A stretch of 64,000 nt of DNA from Actinomycetota bacterium (GTDB lineage Bacteria; Actinomycetota; AC-67): the NCBI GenBank assembly GCA_046565595.1, contig JBKHYG010000121.1:330-64329 (forward strand), read 5' to 3'. Numbering within the stretch: position 1 is the stretch's first letter; each line of letters begins with the position of its first letter. Below are positions 36,650 through 47,365 of the stretch, one piece after another. The notes under the pieces are model-generated. The model saw only the letters and a list, made by a program, of their open reading frames with translations, did not search any database and was not told where the DNA came from. The translations under genes and the position numbers were made by a program.

Positions 36650-38979
36650 GCAACGGCACGGTGACGCTCACCATCGACGATCGCGAGATCACGGTTCCTG
36701 CCGGAACCCTGGTGATCCGCGCCGCCGAGCAACTCGGGATCTACATCCCGCGCTTCTGCGACCATCCGCTACTGGATCCAGCGGGAGCGTGTCGCCAGTG
36801 CATCGTGGATGTCGAAGGGCAGCGCAAACCCCTGACCAGTTGCACCACCGTGTGCACCGAAGGCATGGTCGTGCGCACCCAGCTCTCTAGCGACGCGGCG
36901 GCCGAGGCGCAGCGCAGCGTCCTCGAACTGTTGCTCATCAACCACCCCTTGGACTGCCCGATGTGCGACAAGGGCGGTGAGTGCCCGCTGCAGGATCAGG
37001 CCCTCGAGTATGGCCCCGGCGGCTCGCGCTACATCGACACCAAACGGCGTTTCACCAAGCCCGTAGCCATAAGCCCGCTGATCAAGTTGGATCGAGAGCG
37101 GTGCGTCCTGTGCGCGCGCTGCACACGCTTCAGCGATCAGATCGCCGACGATCCGTTCATCGAGTTGTTCGAACGAGGCGCCCTGGAGCAGGTAGCGATC
37201 TACGAGGATGAGCCCTATCGCAGCGAATACTCGGGCAATGTGGTCCAGATCTGTCCGGTCGGAGCGCTGACCTCGAGCGAGTTCCGCTTCCAGGCTCGAC
37301 CCTTCGACATGACCACGACGGTCTCGACCTGCAACCGTTGTGCGTCTGGCTGTCAGACCCTCGTGCAAGAGCGCCGCGGCCAACTCGTACGGGTACTCAG
37401 CTCGACCGATCCGACCGGGCAGGATGAGTGGATCTGCGACAAGGGCAGGTTCGGGTATCTGTACGCACAGACCCCCGAACGCGTGACCGAACCGCTGGTC
37501 CGCAAAGGTGACGGCTTCGTGGCCGTCTCGTGGGCCGAGGCCATCTCCACGGTGGCAGCGGCGATCCGCGAGACCCGCGATTCGAGGCTCGGAAGTGCCG
37601 TTCTGGGAGGATCGATCTCGACCGATGAGGACGCGTATGCGCTCTCCAGGTTCGCTCGCGTCGTGCTGGCGACCAACGACATAGATCACCGTCTGGGCGG
37701 GTCGACCCCTGAGGACTACGCGGCGCTGGGACAGATCGCCAGCGGCGTCGAGACCGCGGGCTTCGCCGACATCGATGCAGCCGACACCATCGTCATCGCT
37801 GGAGCGGACCTCCGAGAGGTGTCGCCCATCGTTGCTCTACGGATCCGCAAGCGTCTCCACGCGGGCGGCGTCAGGGTCATCGAGGTAGCGCCGCGAGCAT
37901 CTCGGCTGATCGAGAACGGCGCTAGCTGGGTTCCCGTCAAGACGGGAGCAGAGGCCGCAGCACTCCGGAGCCTCGAGTCCGACGGTCGCACCATCCTGCT
38001 GGTCGGTGACGCTCTGATCGGAGACGGCTCCTTCGCGCACGCCTGGAACCTGGCCCTGGATCGGGGTTGGAAGTTCGGGTGGGTGCCGCGTAGAGCGAAT
38101 GCCCGAGGCGCTGTGGCCGCGGGCTGCTTGCCGACCGCTCTGCCGGGAGGTCGCTCGATCACCGAACCCGAGGATCGAGCAGCCGTGCAGAAGGTCTGGA
38201 ACAGCGTTCCGCCCGATCAGCCTGGCAGGGAAGGCGCCGCGATCCTGCGCGAAGCCGCCGAGCTCGGTTTCCTCCTGATCGTCGGCGCAGACCCGGTTGC
38301 TGACGCGGCGGGATCGCTGAAGGCAGCCTCGGGGATCGACGCTGCCGGCTTCGTGGTGTCGATCGACATGTTCCTGACCGAGACCGCGAGGCGCGCAGAT
38401 GTTGTGCTGCCTGCGGCGGCCGTCTACGAGCGGGCGGGTTCGATCACCTCGTGGGAGGGACGGCGCTCGCGGGTGAGAGCCGCGATCGACCCTCCTGGCC
38501 TTGCCCAAGAGGACCGCGAGATACTCGCTCAGATCGCAACCGAGCTCGGACACAGCGGGTTCCCTCGAACGGCACAAGCCGTGCAGGACGAGATGGCGCG
38601 GCTATCGCCCGACGGTGGCGCACCACGACCCGTTCCGACCGAAGCACTCGATCAGACGCCAGCAGAGATGGTGTTGTGCACCTACCCGCTGCTGATCGAT
38701 TCGGGCGCGATGATGCACGGATCCGACGCGCTGGCTGCAACGGCTCATCCGGCCGCCATCGAGATCTCACCCGATGACGCAGCGCGCCTGAACCTGACCG
38801 ACGGGCAACTGGTTCGCGTAACGAGCTCTCACGGGTCGCTGAAGGGTCCGATCAGGGTCGAGGGTCGTGTCGCTAACGGAGTCGTCTTCATCCCGGCGCA
38901 ACATTCCTCCCTCGAGGGCGTGGATCTCCAGGCCGCGAGTGGCGTGACGACCGTCCGGATCGAGAAGGAGGGGCCATGA
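36646..38979 (+). CDS. nuoG: NADH-quinone oxidoreductase subunit G
   Basis: 777 aa. N-terminal 2Fe-2S and 4Fe-4S Cys clusters, followed by a molybdopterin-like domain. Confidence 0.9.
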   Translation: MSNGTVTLTIDDREITVPAGTLVIRAAEQLGIYIPRFCDHPLLDPAGACRQCIVDVEGQRKPLTSCTTVCTEGMVVRTQLSSDAAAEAQRSVLELLLINHPLDCPMCDKGGECPLQDQALEYGPGGSRYIDTKRRFTKPVAISPLIKLDRERCVLCARCTRFSDQIADDPFIELFERGALEQVAIYEDEPYRSEYSGNVVQICPVGALTSSEFRFQARPFDMTTTVSTCNRCASGCQTLVQERRGQLVRVLSSTDPTGQDEWICDKGRFGYLYAQTPERVTEPLVRKGDGFVAVSWAEAISTVAAAIRETRDSRLGSAVLGGSISTDEDAYALSRFARVVLATNDIDHRLGGSTPEDYAALGQIASGVETAGFADIDAADTIVIAGADLREVSPIVALRIRKRLHAGGVRVIEVAPRASRLIENGASWVPVKTGAEAAALRSLESDGRTILLVGDALIGDGSFAHAWNLALDRGWKFGWVPRRANARGAVAAGCLPTALPGGRSITEPEDRAAVQKVWNSVPPDQPGREGAAILREAAELGFLLIVGADPVADAAGSLKAASGIDAAGFVVSIDMFLTETARRADVVLPAAAVYERAGSITSWEGRRSRVRAAIDPPGLAQEDREILAQIATELGHSGFPRTAQAVQDEMARLSPDGGAPRPVPTEALDQTPAEMVLCTYPLLIDSGAMMHGSDALAATAHPAAIEISPDDAARLNLTDGQLVRVTSSHGSLKGPIRVEGRVANGVVFIPAQHSSLEGVDLQAASGVTTVRIEKEGP

Positions 38980-40142
38980 ACGAGGGCCTGCTCATCTCGA
39001 CCATCAAAGCCGTGATCGTCTTCGGAGCCCTGATGGGATCCGTACCTCTGGCCGTATGGGCTGAGCGCCGGGTCGTCGCCTTCATGCAGCAGCGGCTCGG
39101 ACCTAACCGCGTAGGGCCTTTCGGCATCCTTCAAGGCCTCGCCGATGGCGTGAAGCTCTTCTTCAAGGAGGACATCCGGCCGACCAATGTGGACAGAGGC
39201 ACCTACATCGCGGCGCCCATGATGTCGGTGATCCCGGCCTTCCTGTCAGCAGCGGTGATCCCCTTCGGTCCAGACATCACGATCGGCGGCCGTGTCGTCT
39301 CGATGCAACTGGCCGAACTGAATGTGGGCGTGTTGTTCTTCCTGGCGATGGGAAGCATGATGGTCTACGGCGTAACGCTGGCCGGTTGGTCGTCTGGCTC
39401 GGTCTATCCGCTGCTCGGTGGCGTCCGCAGCGCCGCACAGATGATCTCCTACGAGATGGCGCTTGGCCTCTCGGTGGTCGCTGTGGTGATGCAGTCGGGA
39501 ACCTTGTCGACCTCGGGGATCGTGGACGCCCAAGCGGGCTCCTTCCTGGGAGTCCTTCCTGCGTGGAACATCTTCACCCAGCTGCCGGCTTTCCTGATCT
39601 TCTGCGTGGCGGGTCTGGCTGAGACGAACCGAGCTCCCTTCGATCTGGCAGAAGCCGAGAGTGAGCTCGTCGGCGGCTTCCATACCGAGTACTCGAGCAT
39701 CAAGTTCGCGATGTTCATGCTGGCCGAGTACCTACATGTCATCACCACGAGCGCGATCGCGGTGACCTTGTTCCTCGGCGGCTGGCGCGGACCCACGCTG
39801 CCCTTCCTGACACCGCTGTGGCCGCTCGTCTGGTTCGGGCTGAAGCTCGGCTTCATGGTGTTCCTGTTCATGTGGGTGCGCGCAAGCCTTCCACGGGTCC
39901 GCTACGACATCCTCATGCGGTACGGATGGAAGACCCTGCTGCCCGCATCGCTGGGCTGGGTTGCCATCACCGCGGTCCTGCTGGTCCTGAGTTCGGAACT
40001 CGATCGGCCAACGCTCGCCTCCGTCCTCGGCTTGATCGCGGCACTGGTGATCCTGGGGCGTGCCGCGCTTGTGACCTGGCGTCGGTTCGGCACGCTAGGA
40101 CCCCTAGCCCTGATGAGGAAGGTGCGTCATGGCGTTCAGTGA
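38976..40142 (+). CDS. nuoH: NADH-quinone oxidoreductase subunit H
   Basis: NuoH/ND1 signature ([23 protein letters not shown]). Confidence 0.9.
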   Translation: MNEGLLISTIKAVIVFGALMGSVPLAVWAERRVVAFMQQRLGPNRVGPFGILQGLADGVKLFFKEDIRPTNVDRGTYIAAPMMSVIPAFLSAAVIPFGPDITIGGRVVSMQLAELNVGVLFFLAMGSMMVYGVTLAGWSSGSVYPLLGGVRSAAQMISYEMALGLSVVAVVMQSGTLSTSGIVDAQAGSFLGVLPAWNIFTQLPAFLIFCVAGLAETNRAPFDLAEAESELVGGFHTEYSSIKFAMFMLAEYLHVITTSAIAVTLFLGGWRGPTLPFLTPLWPLVWFGLKLGFMVFLFMWVRASLPRVRYDILMRYGWKTLLPASLGWVAITAVLLVLSSELDRPTLASVLGLIAALVILGRAALVTWRRFGTLGPLALMRKVRHGVQ

Positions 40143-40695
40143 CATCGCAAGAGGGATGTCGATCGTCGCACGGCACCTCTTCAAGAAGCCGGTGACCAAG
40201 AGCTATCCCGAAGACCCCAAGGACCCGTCCCCGCGTTACCACGGTCGTCATGTCCTGAACAGGTATGAGGATGGCCTCGAGCGCTGCATCGGGTGCGAAC
40301 TGTGCGCTTGGGCATGTCCGGCCGACGCCATATTCGTGGAGAGCGCCGAGAACTCTCCGGAGGAGCGGTACTCGCCAGGCGAACGGTACGCGATCGACTA
40401 CCAGATCTCTTACGCGCGGTGCATCTTCTGTGGCCTGTGCATCGAAGCCTGCCCGACGCGCGCACTCACCATGTCGACCGAGTACGAACTGGCCGGACCG
40501 AGCCGCGAGGCTCTCGTCTACACAAAGGGCATGTTGCTGGCCGCACCCAACGAGGGAGCGGCGCCGACACCTCACACCGACGCCGAGGTCCAGGCGAGAG
40601 GCATCGACTACTACGGCGGACCGCAGGCGACCGACCCCCTGGCGTCTTCTGAGCGCGCAGAGCATCTACCTCCGCCGGAACCGGGGGCGCCCTGA
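40129..40695 (+). CDS. nuoI: NADH-quinone oxidoreductase subunit I
   Basis: Two CxxCxxCxxxCP motifs. Confidence 0.9.
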   Translation: MAFSDIARGMSIVARHLFKKPVTKSYPEDPKDPSPRYHGRHVLNRYEDGLERCIGCELCAWACPADAIFVESAENSPEERYSPGERYAIDYQISYARCIFCGLCIEACPTRALTMSTEYELAGPSREALVYTKGMLLAAPNEGAAPTPHTDAEVQARGIDYYGGPQATDPLASSERAEHLPPPEPGAP

Positions 40696-41231
40696 TGGAA
40701 CAGTGGGTCTTCTGGCCGATGGCCGTGTTCGCTCTGGCGAGCGCGATGATCGTCATCGTCACTCCCAACGCGGTGCATGCTGCCCTGGCCCTGGTTGCGA
40801 ACCTGTTCTCGATCGCGGTGCTGTACCTGCTGTTGGACGCACACTTCCTGGCTGCGGCTCAGGTGGTGGTCTACGCGGGAGCGATCGTCGTCCTCTTCCT
40901 CTTCGTGATCATGTTGCTCGGCGTGGATCGGCGAGAGGACCTTGCCGAGAAGGTCCCGGGTCAGCGCGCGATCGGCTTGGCATCCGTGCTGGGGATCGGC
41001 GCGATAACCGTCCTGGTCGTCCGTGCGGTCTACGCGACCACGACCTTCGGTGACCTATCTGCTGCGAACGAGAGTGGGAACATCGAGGCGCTCGGTCGGC
41101 TGCTCTTCAGCAGTTACCTCTGGCCCTTCGAGGTCGTATCGGTCCTGTTGGTAGTCGCAGCGATCGCTGCCATGGTCCTTGGGCGCAAGCGTCCAACCAG
41201 GGAACTCACTCATCAGGATCGTGACGCATGA
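40695..41231 (+). CDS. nuoJ: NADH-quinone oxidoreductase subunit J
   Basis: Five transmembrane helices, ND6-like. TGATG coupled. Confidence 0.8.
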   Translation: MEQWVFWPMAVFALASAMIVIVTPNAVHAALALVANLFSIAVLYLLLDAHFLAAAQVVVYAGAIVVLFLFVIMLLGVDRREDLAEKVPGQRAIGLASVLGIGAITVLVVRAVYATTTFGDLSAANESGNIEALGRLLFSSYLWPFEVVSVLLVVAAIAAMVLGRKRPTRELTHQDRDA

Positions 41232-41530
41232 TCCAGCCCGCACAGTTCTTGGCATTGGCCGCCATGCTCTTCGCGGTCGGTTCGGCTGGCGTGATCCTGC
41301 GTCGGAACCCGCTGGTGATGTTCATGGGGATCGAGCTGATGCTGAACGCGGTCAACCTGACCCTGGTCACCTTCGCCAAGGTGCATGGGACGCTCGACGG
41401 TCAGGTGCTCGCCTTCTTCGTCATCGTCGTCGCTGCTGCCGAGGTGGTTGTCGGACTCGCGATCATCGTGCAGATGTTCCGACGGGTCCGAGGCGCCGAT
41501 GTGGATGATCGGAGTTCGCTCAGATGGTGA
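41228..41530 (+). CDS. nuoK: NADH-quinone oxidoreductase subunit K
   Basis: 100 aa, three transmembrane helices, ND4L-like. Confidence 0.85.
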   Translation: MIQPAQFLALAAMLFAVGSAGVILRRNPLVMFMGIELMLNAVNLTLVTFAKVHGTLDGQVLAFFVIVVAAAEVVVGLAIIVQMFRRVRGADVDDRSSLRW

Positions 41531-43437
41531 TAGCCCACCAGAGCACACCCGCGATCATCGAGAACGCGTGGATCGTCGTCGCCTTCCCCCTCCTAGGTGC
41601 AGCCTTGTTGTTCGCCTTCGGGCGGAGGATCGGCCGCGGTTCCGGACCTATCGCGACGATCATGATGATCGGATCGGCGGTGGGCTCGCTGATGATCTTC
41701 GGCGAGTTGCTGAAGCGACCGAGCGAACAGAGATCCTTCGTCGAGCCTCTATGGCAGTGGTTCAGCGCGGGCGATGCGAGCGTCAGCATCTCGACCCGTA
41801 TCGATCCTCTGACGGTCATGATGCTGCTGGTAGTGACCTGCGTGGGGGCGCTGATCCACCTCTACTCGGTCGGCTACATGAGGGGCGACGCGCGCGAACC
41901 GCGCTTCTTCGCCTACCTCAATCTCTTCGCGGCCTCGATGCTTGTACTGGTGCTGGCTGACAACTTCCTGGTGCTGTTCCTCGGCTGGGAGCTGGTCGGC
42001 ATGTGCTCGTACCTGTTGATCGGATTCTGGTTCGAGGATCGAGGCAACGCCGCTGCGGCCAAGAAGGCGTTCATCACGAACCGTGTGGGAGACGCGGCCT
42101 TCCTGATCGCGCTCTTCCTGATGCTGTCGACCTTCGGTTCCTTCTCGTTCGAGGTGATCGGGCAGGCTTCCGGCGCGGTCCTGTCCGCGGGCACCGCGCT
42201 GGCGATCGCGCTGCTGCTGTTCGTGGGGGCAGCCGCCAAGAGCGCCCAGATCCCGCTGTATGTGTGGCTGCCGGACGCCATGGCCGGGCCCACGCCGGTG
42301 TCGGCTCTCATCCATGCCGCCACCATGGTCACTGCCGGCATCTATCTGGTGGTGCGTGCGGCCCCCATCTTCGAGGTATCTCCGCTGGCCTCCGATGTGG
42401 TCGCATGGGTCGGTGTCGCGACGATGCTCCTGGCTGGGTTGATGGCGATCGTCCAGGACGACATCAAGAAGATCCTCGCCTACTCGACCGTCAGCCAGCT
42501 CGGCTACATGTTCATCGGGGTCGGAGTTGGAGCCAGCGCCGCTGGTCTCTTCCATCTCGTCACACACGCCTTCTTCAAGGCGTTGCTGTTCCTGGGCGCG
42601 GGGAGCGTCATGCATGCCCTCTCCGGGCGCACCGACATCACCACGATGGGTGGCTTGTTCCGCAAGATCCCGTGGACCTCGGTCACCTTCATCGCTGGTT
42701 GGCTAGCGATCATCGGCTTCCCCTTGACTGCGGGCTTCTTCTCCAAGGACCAGATCCTCGAGGGCGCCTATGTCGCCGACCAGCAGGCCATCTGGATCCT
42801 CGGTCTGGTTGGAGCAGTCATCACCGGGTTCTACATGACCCGCCTGGTTGTGCTGACCTTCTTCGGCAAGCCACGAGATCCGGATCTACATCCTCACGAG
42901 TCGCCTCCCTCCATGGTCTTCCCGCTGGTGTTGCTGGCGGTCGCGAGCCTCGTCGGCGGTTGGCTGATCAACGCGCATCCCGAGGATGGTCGTCTCGTCG
43001 GCTGGCTCGCTCCAGTCCTTGGCCAGCACGAGGCCGCCCACGGGGCACTCTCTGCGACGACGCTGTCGATCATCGCCTCTGGCGCCGGCCTCATAGGAGC
43101 CCTGGTAGCCATCGTCGCGTACGGCTTCCGCCGCTTCGACTGGCAGGCCCGCCGCGAGAGGCCGGGGATCCTCTGGCGGGTTGCCCGCGACAGGTTCTAT
43201 GTCGACCACGCGTACGAGTTCATCTTCACCGGCCTCGGGAAGGTTGGCGCTACCGCGCTTGCCTATGTCGTCGATGCGCGATGGATCGACGGAGCGGTCG
43301 GGTCGGTCGGAGCTGTGTCCACCAGGGTCGCGCAGCTCGCTCGGCGCCTACAGAACGGCCTGGTACGGACCTACGCGCTCGGGATCCTGGCGGGGACGGT
43401 CCTGATGCTCGCGTACATGGTGGGGAGGAACTGGTAG
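41524..43437 (+). CDS. nuoL: NADH-quinone oxidoreductase subunit L
   Basis: 637 aa, antiporter-like ND5 family. Confidence 0.9.
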   Translation: MVIAHQSTPAIIENAWIVVAFPLLGAALLFAFGRRIGRGSGPIATIMMIGSAVGSLMIFGELLKRPSEQRSFVEPLWQWFSAGDASVSISTRIDPLTVMMLLVVTCVGALIHLYSVGYMRGDAREPRFFAYLNLFAASMLVLVLADNFLVLFLGWELVGMCSYLLIGFWFEDRGNAAAAKKAFITNRVGDAAFLIALFLMLSTFGSFSFEVIGQASGAVLSAGTALAIALLLFVGAAAKSAQIPLYVWLPDAMAGPTPVSALIHAATMVTAGIYLVVRAAPIFEVSPLASDVVAWVGVATMLLAGLMAIVQDDIKKILAYSTVSQLGYMFIGVGVGASAAGLFHLVTHAFFKALLFLGAGSVMHALSGRTDITTMGGLFRKIPWTSVTFIAGWLAIIGFPLTAGFFSKDQILEGAYVADQQAIWILGLVGAVITGFYMTRLVVLTFFGKPRDPDLHPHESPPSMVFPLVLLAVASLVGGWLINAHPEDGRLVGWLAPVLGQHEAAHGALSATTLSIIASGAGLIGALVAIVAYGFRRFDWQARRERPGILWRVARDRFYVDHAYEFIFTGLGKVGATALAYVVDARWIDGAVGSVGAVSTRVAQLARRLQNGLVRTYALGILAGTVLMLAYMVGRNW

Positions 43438-44931
43438 ATGGGCTGGCTGTCGGTGACCCTCTGGGCGCCTGTCGTGGGGGCTCTAGTCATCGGGTTCCTT
43501 CCGCGTCGGTACGGTGCCGCTGCCAAGGGGCTCGCCCTGGCCGCTTCCTTGACAGCCTTCATCTCGTCGCTGGTCGTGCTCGGGCTGTTCGAGACCGGAG
43601 TGGCCGGCTATCAACTGGCCGAGAAGGCCGAGTGGATCCGGTCCTTGGGCGCTTCCTATGGACTCGCCGTCGACGGGATCAGTCTCTGGCTGGTCATCCT
43701 CACCGCGTTCCTGACACCGATCTGCATCCTTGCCTCTTGGGACAACATCAACGAGCCCAAGCGCTTCTTCGCGTTGCTGCTCGTCCTCGAGACCGCAGTC
43801 ATCGGCGTGTTCATGGCTACGGACCTGCTGCTGTTCTACCTGTTCTGGGAAGCGATGCTGATCCCGATGTACTTCCTGATCGGGATGTGGGGTCACGAGC
43901 GGCGGATCTACGCGGCGATCAAGTTCTTCCTCTACACGCTGCTGGGAGGTCTGGTCATGCTCGCGGGGGTCGTCGTGTTGGCCTTCAGCGCGAAGGGCCA
44001 GCTTGGTGGCATCACCTTCGATCTCGAGCAACTCCAGACCGCGACGATAGGACTTGGCACGCAGCGGTGGTTGTTCGCTGCCTTCATGCTCGCCTTCGCG
44101 ATCAAGATCCCGATCTTCCCCTTCCATACCTGGCTTCCCGATGCGCACACCGAAGCGCCGACGGCAGGGTCGGTCATGCTGGCCGGAGTGCTGCTGAAGT
44201 TGGGTGCCTACGGGATGCTGCGTTACGGGCTGGGGCTGTTCCCGGAAGTGGCGATCGAGGCGGGTCCGATACTTGCGGTCCTTGCGATCATCGGTATCGT
44301 CTATGGCGCTCTGGTCGCAACGATGCAGACCGACCTGAAGCGTCTGGTCGCATATTCGAGCGTCAGCCACCTGGGTTTCGTGGTCCTGGGGATCGCCGCT
44401 CTGACCACCACCAGTCTGCAAGGCGCGACCCTGCAGATGATCAATCATGGACTGTCGACCGGAGCCTTGTTCCTGGTGGTCGGGATGGTCTACGAGCGAC
44501 GCCACACCAGACAGATCGAGGAACTCGGCGGCCTCGCGTCGGCTGCGCCGTTGATGGGAGGAGCGATGCTGTTGGCGAGCCTCGCCAGCCTTGGCCTGCC
44601 CGGCTTGAACGGCTTCGTGGGCGAGTTCCTGATCCTCGCCGGCAGCTTCGGGGTGAACAAGCTCTACGCGATCGTCGGTGTCAGCGGCGTGATCCTCGCG
44701 GCTCTCTACCTGTTGTGGGCCTACCAGCGGAGCTTCCAAGGACCTATCGAGCGACCGGAGAACCGCATCGTCGACCTCACCGGCCGAGAGCGTCTGGTGT
44801 TGGCACCGGTATTGGCTCTGCTGATCGTCTTCGGCCTCTTCCCGCGTCCGATCCTCGAGCGCAGCGAACCAACCGTGCGTTCGCTGCTCGAGCGGGTTGA
44901 ACAGATCCGCGCTGCGCAGGAGGCCCGCTGA
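43438..44931 (+). CDS. nuoM: NADH-quinone oxidoreductase subunit M
   Basis: 497 aa, ND4 family. Confidence 0.9.
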   Translation: MGWLSVTLWAPVVGALVIGFLPRRYGAAAKGLALAASLTAFISSLVVLGLFETGVAGYQLAEKAEWIRSLGASYGLAVDGISLWLVILTAFLTPICILASWDNINEPKRFFALLLVLETAVIGVFMATDLLLFYLFWEAMLIPMYFLIGMWGHERRIYAAIKFFLYTLLGGLVMLAGVVVLAFSAKGQLGGITFDLEQLQTATIGLGTQRWLFAAFMLAFAIKIPIFPFHTWLPDAHTEAPTAGSVMLAGVLLKLGAYGMLRYGLGLFPEVAIEAGPILAVLAIIGIVYGALVATMQTDLKRLVAYSSVSHLGFVVLGIAALTTTSLQGATLQMINHGLSTGALFLVVGMVYERRHTRQIEELGGLASAAPLMGGAMLLASLASLGLPGLNGFVGEFLILAGSFGVNKLYAIVGVSGVILAALYLLWAYQRSFQGPIERPENRIVDLTGRERLVLAPVLALLIVFGLFPRPILERSEPTVRSLLERVEQIRAAQEAR

Positions 44932-46385
44932 TGCCGGTAGAGCAGGCTCCCGAGATCATCTGGCACGCGCTCTCGCCGATGCTGATCCTGCTGGCTGGCG
45001 GCATGCTGCTGCTCCTCGTTGGAGTGTTCGCTCCCGCCCTTCCCCGTCGCTTCCTGGCGATCGGATCGTTCCTGACCGTCGTGCTGTCGGGCATCTTCCT
45101 CGCCGCTCAGCTCCCTTCCCAACCTCGCATCACCATGAACGACATGGTCATCATCGATGGTGTGGGCCTCTTCGCTTCGATGGTGATCCTCGCAGCTGCG
45201 GCGTTCGTGATCCCGGTGACCCATTCGTATCTCCGCGAACATGGATGGAACCGGGTCGAGTATCAGCCGCTGCTGTTGTTCGCGACCCTCGGGATGGTCA
45301 TGCTCGCCACGGCGAACGATCTCATCATGGTCTTCATCGCCATCGAGGTCTTGTCGCTCGCGCTGTACACGATGGTGGGCATCGCCAAGAGAGAACGCAC
45401 GGCTCAGGAAGCGAGCCTGAAGTACTTCCTCCTCGGTGCCTTCTCCAGCGCGATCCTGCTCTACGGAGTGGCCTTGTTGTTCGGCGGTACCGGATCCACT
45501 CGGATCCCCGCCATCGCCGACACGATCGCTGCGGGCGGAGCTGACGGCAGACTGGTCTTCGCCGGGCTCGCCTTGCTCATCACCGGTTTCGCCTTCAAGA
45601 TCGGCGCGGTGCCGTTCCACGCTTGGACACCAGATGTGTATCAGGGCGCTCCCACCGCTGTGACGGCATTCATGGCTGCGGGGACCAAGGCCGCCGCCTT
45701 CGCAGCGTTGCTCCGCACGCTGCTGGTGTCCTTCGGAGCGATCGCGTGGGATTGGCGTCCGGTGCTCTGGGCCATCGCCATCGCAAGCATGGTCCTCGGA
45801 TCCGTGGTCGCGATCGTCCAGACCGACATCAAACGGATGCTCGGATATTCGAGCGTCGCACATGCGGGTTTCATCCTCATCGGCGTGGTCGCGGCCGATC
45901 GTGACGGGCTCGCCTCCTCTCTGTTCTATCTGGCCGTCTACGCCCTGATGACCATCGGAGCGTTCGTGTCGGTGATGGCCAGTGGTAGGGGAGACGATGA
46001 GCGAAGCGACCTGGCATCCTGGGCTGGGCTCGGGCACGCCGAGCCGCTGTTCGCGGGCGTCATGACCTTCTTCCTGTTGTCGCTCGCAGGGATCCCGCCT
46101 ACGGGAGGTTTCGCCGCCAAGTTCCTGGTGTTCGCCGCCGCCGAAGGCCAGGGTGAAACAGGACTGGTGATCGTGGGTGTCTTGAGCAGCGTCGTAGCGG
46201 CGTTCTTCTATCTCCGCGTGATAGTCCTCATGTGGCTGCAGGACCCGCTGGACATGCAGCGATCCGCGCTCGATCGGGTCAGTGCCTGGACGCTCGGCGC
46301 AGCAGCAGGTCTCGTCGCGATCATCGGCATCTACCCACAGGCGTTGATCGACCTCGCCCGCAACGCCGCGACGCTGGCAGGCTGA
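44931..46385 (+). CDS. nuoN: NADH-quinone oxidoreductase subunit N
   Basis: 484 aa, ND2 family. Confidence 0.9.
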   Translation: MPVEQAPEIIWHALSPMLILLAGGMLLLLVGVFAPALPRRFLAIGSFLTVVLSGIFLAAQLPSQPRITMNDMVIIDGVGLFASMVILAAAAFVIPVTHSYLREHGWNRVEYQPLLLFATLGMVMLATANDLIMVFIAIEVLSLALYTMVGIAKRERTAQEASLKYFLLGAFSSAILLYGVALLFGGTGSTRIPAIADTIAAGGADGRLVFAGLALLITGFAFKIGAVPFHAWTPDVYQGAPTAVTAFMAAGTKAAAFAALLRTLLVSFGAIAWDWRPVLWAIAIASMVLGSVVAIVQTDIKRMLGYSSVAHAGFILIGVVAADRDGLASSLFYLAVYALMTIGAFVSVMASGRGDDERSDLASWAGLGHAEPLFAGVMTFFLLSLAGIPPTGGFAAKFLVFAAAEGQGETGLVIVGVLSSVVAAFFYLRVIVLMWLQDPLDMQRSALDRVSAWTLGAAAGLVAIIGIYPQALIDLARNAATLAG

Positions 46386-47365
46386 TGGGCCTGAAACTGC
46401 CCGCGCTCCCTCGGCTAGAGGCTGAGCTGCGAGAAGATCTTGAGGCGGTCGAGTCGCTCCTCAGGTCCTCCGTCGCCTCGGATCTGCCACTGCTGGACGA
46501 AGCTTCGCGCTTCTTGATCGAGGCCGGAGGGAAGCGCTTCCGCCCTCTCCTGGTGCTCCTGTCGGGACGCTTCGGGAAACAGGACGCGCCCGAGAGCCTG
46601 CGTGCGTGCGCGGCGGCGATCGAACTGACGCATCTCGCGACGCTGTATCACGACGATGTGATGGATGAGACCATGACCCGTCGCGGGGTCGACACGGCCC
46701 ATCGCAGGTACGGCAACGCGACCGCGATCTTGGTCGGCGACTTCCTGTTCGCGCGAGCCTCGAAACTGTCCGCACCGCTCGGGGTATATGTATCAGAGAG
46801 ATTGGCTTCGACGATCGGGGACCTGGTAACCGGTCAGGTCATGGAGACCGAACTCTCCTCCGGTGGAGACCAGCGTGTGCCTACCGTAGAGGAACACCTC
46901 GAGGTGCTGCGGTTGAAGACTGCCGTGCTGATCGAAACCTCATGCCACCTCGGGGCCTATCTAAGTGGAGCAGACCACGGGACAGTCCAGGCGCTGACGA
47001 GGTTCGGCGCACAGATCGGCCTTGCCTTCCAGTTATCCGACGATCTGCTCGACCTCGTTGGGGACGAGAGCGAGACAGGCAAGCGGCCGGGAACGGACCT
47101 GCGTGAAGGGGTCCTGACCCTGGCGCCGCTGCTGACCTTGTCCAGCGACTCCGAGTCAGCGAAGCGTCTGCGGTCGGCCCTTCAGGAGGCGGATCTGGAT
47201 ACGGCGATCGAACTGTTGCGGCAGGACGGCAGCATCGATCTTGCGCGGGAAAAGGTACGCGCCCATCGAGACATGGCGCTTCAGGCCTTGGAGCAACTTC
47301 CTAGGTCCGACGCGGCTGACGCGCTCAGATGGATGGCCGAGACACTCGACGATCGGACGCTGTGA
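46385..47365 (+). CDS. polyprenyl diphosphate synthase (trans-isoprenyl diphosphate synthase family)
   Basis: DDxxD motifs (LYHDDVMDE, FQLSDDLLD). Start overlaps the nuoN stop as TGATG. Confidence 0.8.
   Translation: MGLKLPALPRLEAELREDLEAVESLLRSSVASDLPLLDEASRFLIEAGGKRFRPLLVLLSGRFGKQDAPESLRACAAAIELTHLATLYHDDVMDETMTRRGVDTAHRRYGNATAILVGDFLFARASKLSAPLGVYVSERLASTIGDLVTGQVMETELSSGGDQRVPTVEEHLEVLRLKTAVLIETSCHLGAYLSGADHGTVQALTRFGAQIGLAFQLSDDLLDLVGDESETGKRPGTDLREGVLTLAPLLTLSSDSESAKRLRSALQEADLDTAIELLRQDGSIDLAREKVRAHRDMALQALEQLPRSDAADALRWMAETLDDRTL

Noticed and set aside
42003-44900. 965-aa plus-strand ORF in an alternative frame
   Set aside because: It is embedded in an alternative frame across nuoL and nuoM. 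Its Arg/Gly/Pro-rich translation lacks motifs, while the nuoL and nuoM frames give canonical antiporter-subunit sequences.
44721-46037. 438-aa minus-strand ORF
   Set aside because: It is antisense to nuoN and low-complexity. It was rejected for the same reason as the other antisense ORFs; the same applies to 36769-37689, 27853-28788, 35222-36394, 41749-42615 and 43483-44739.
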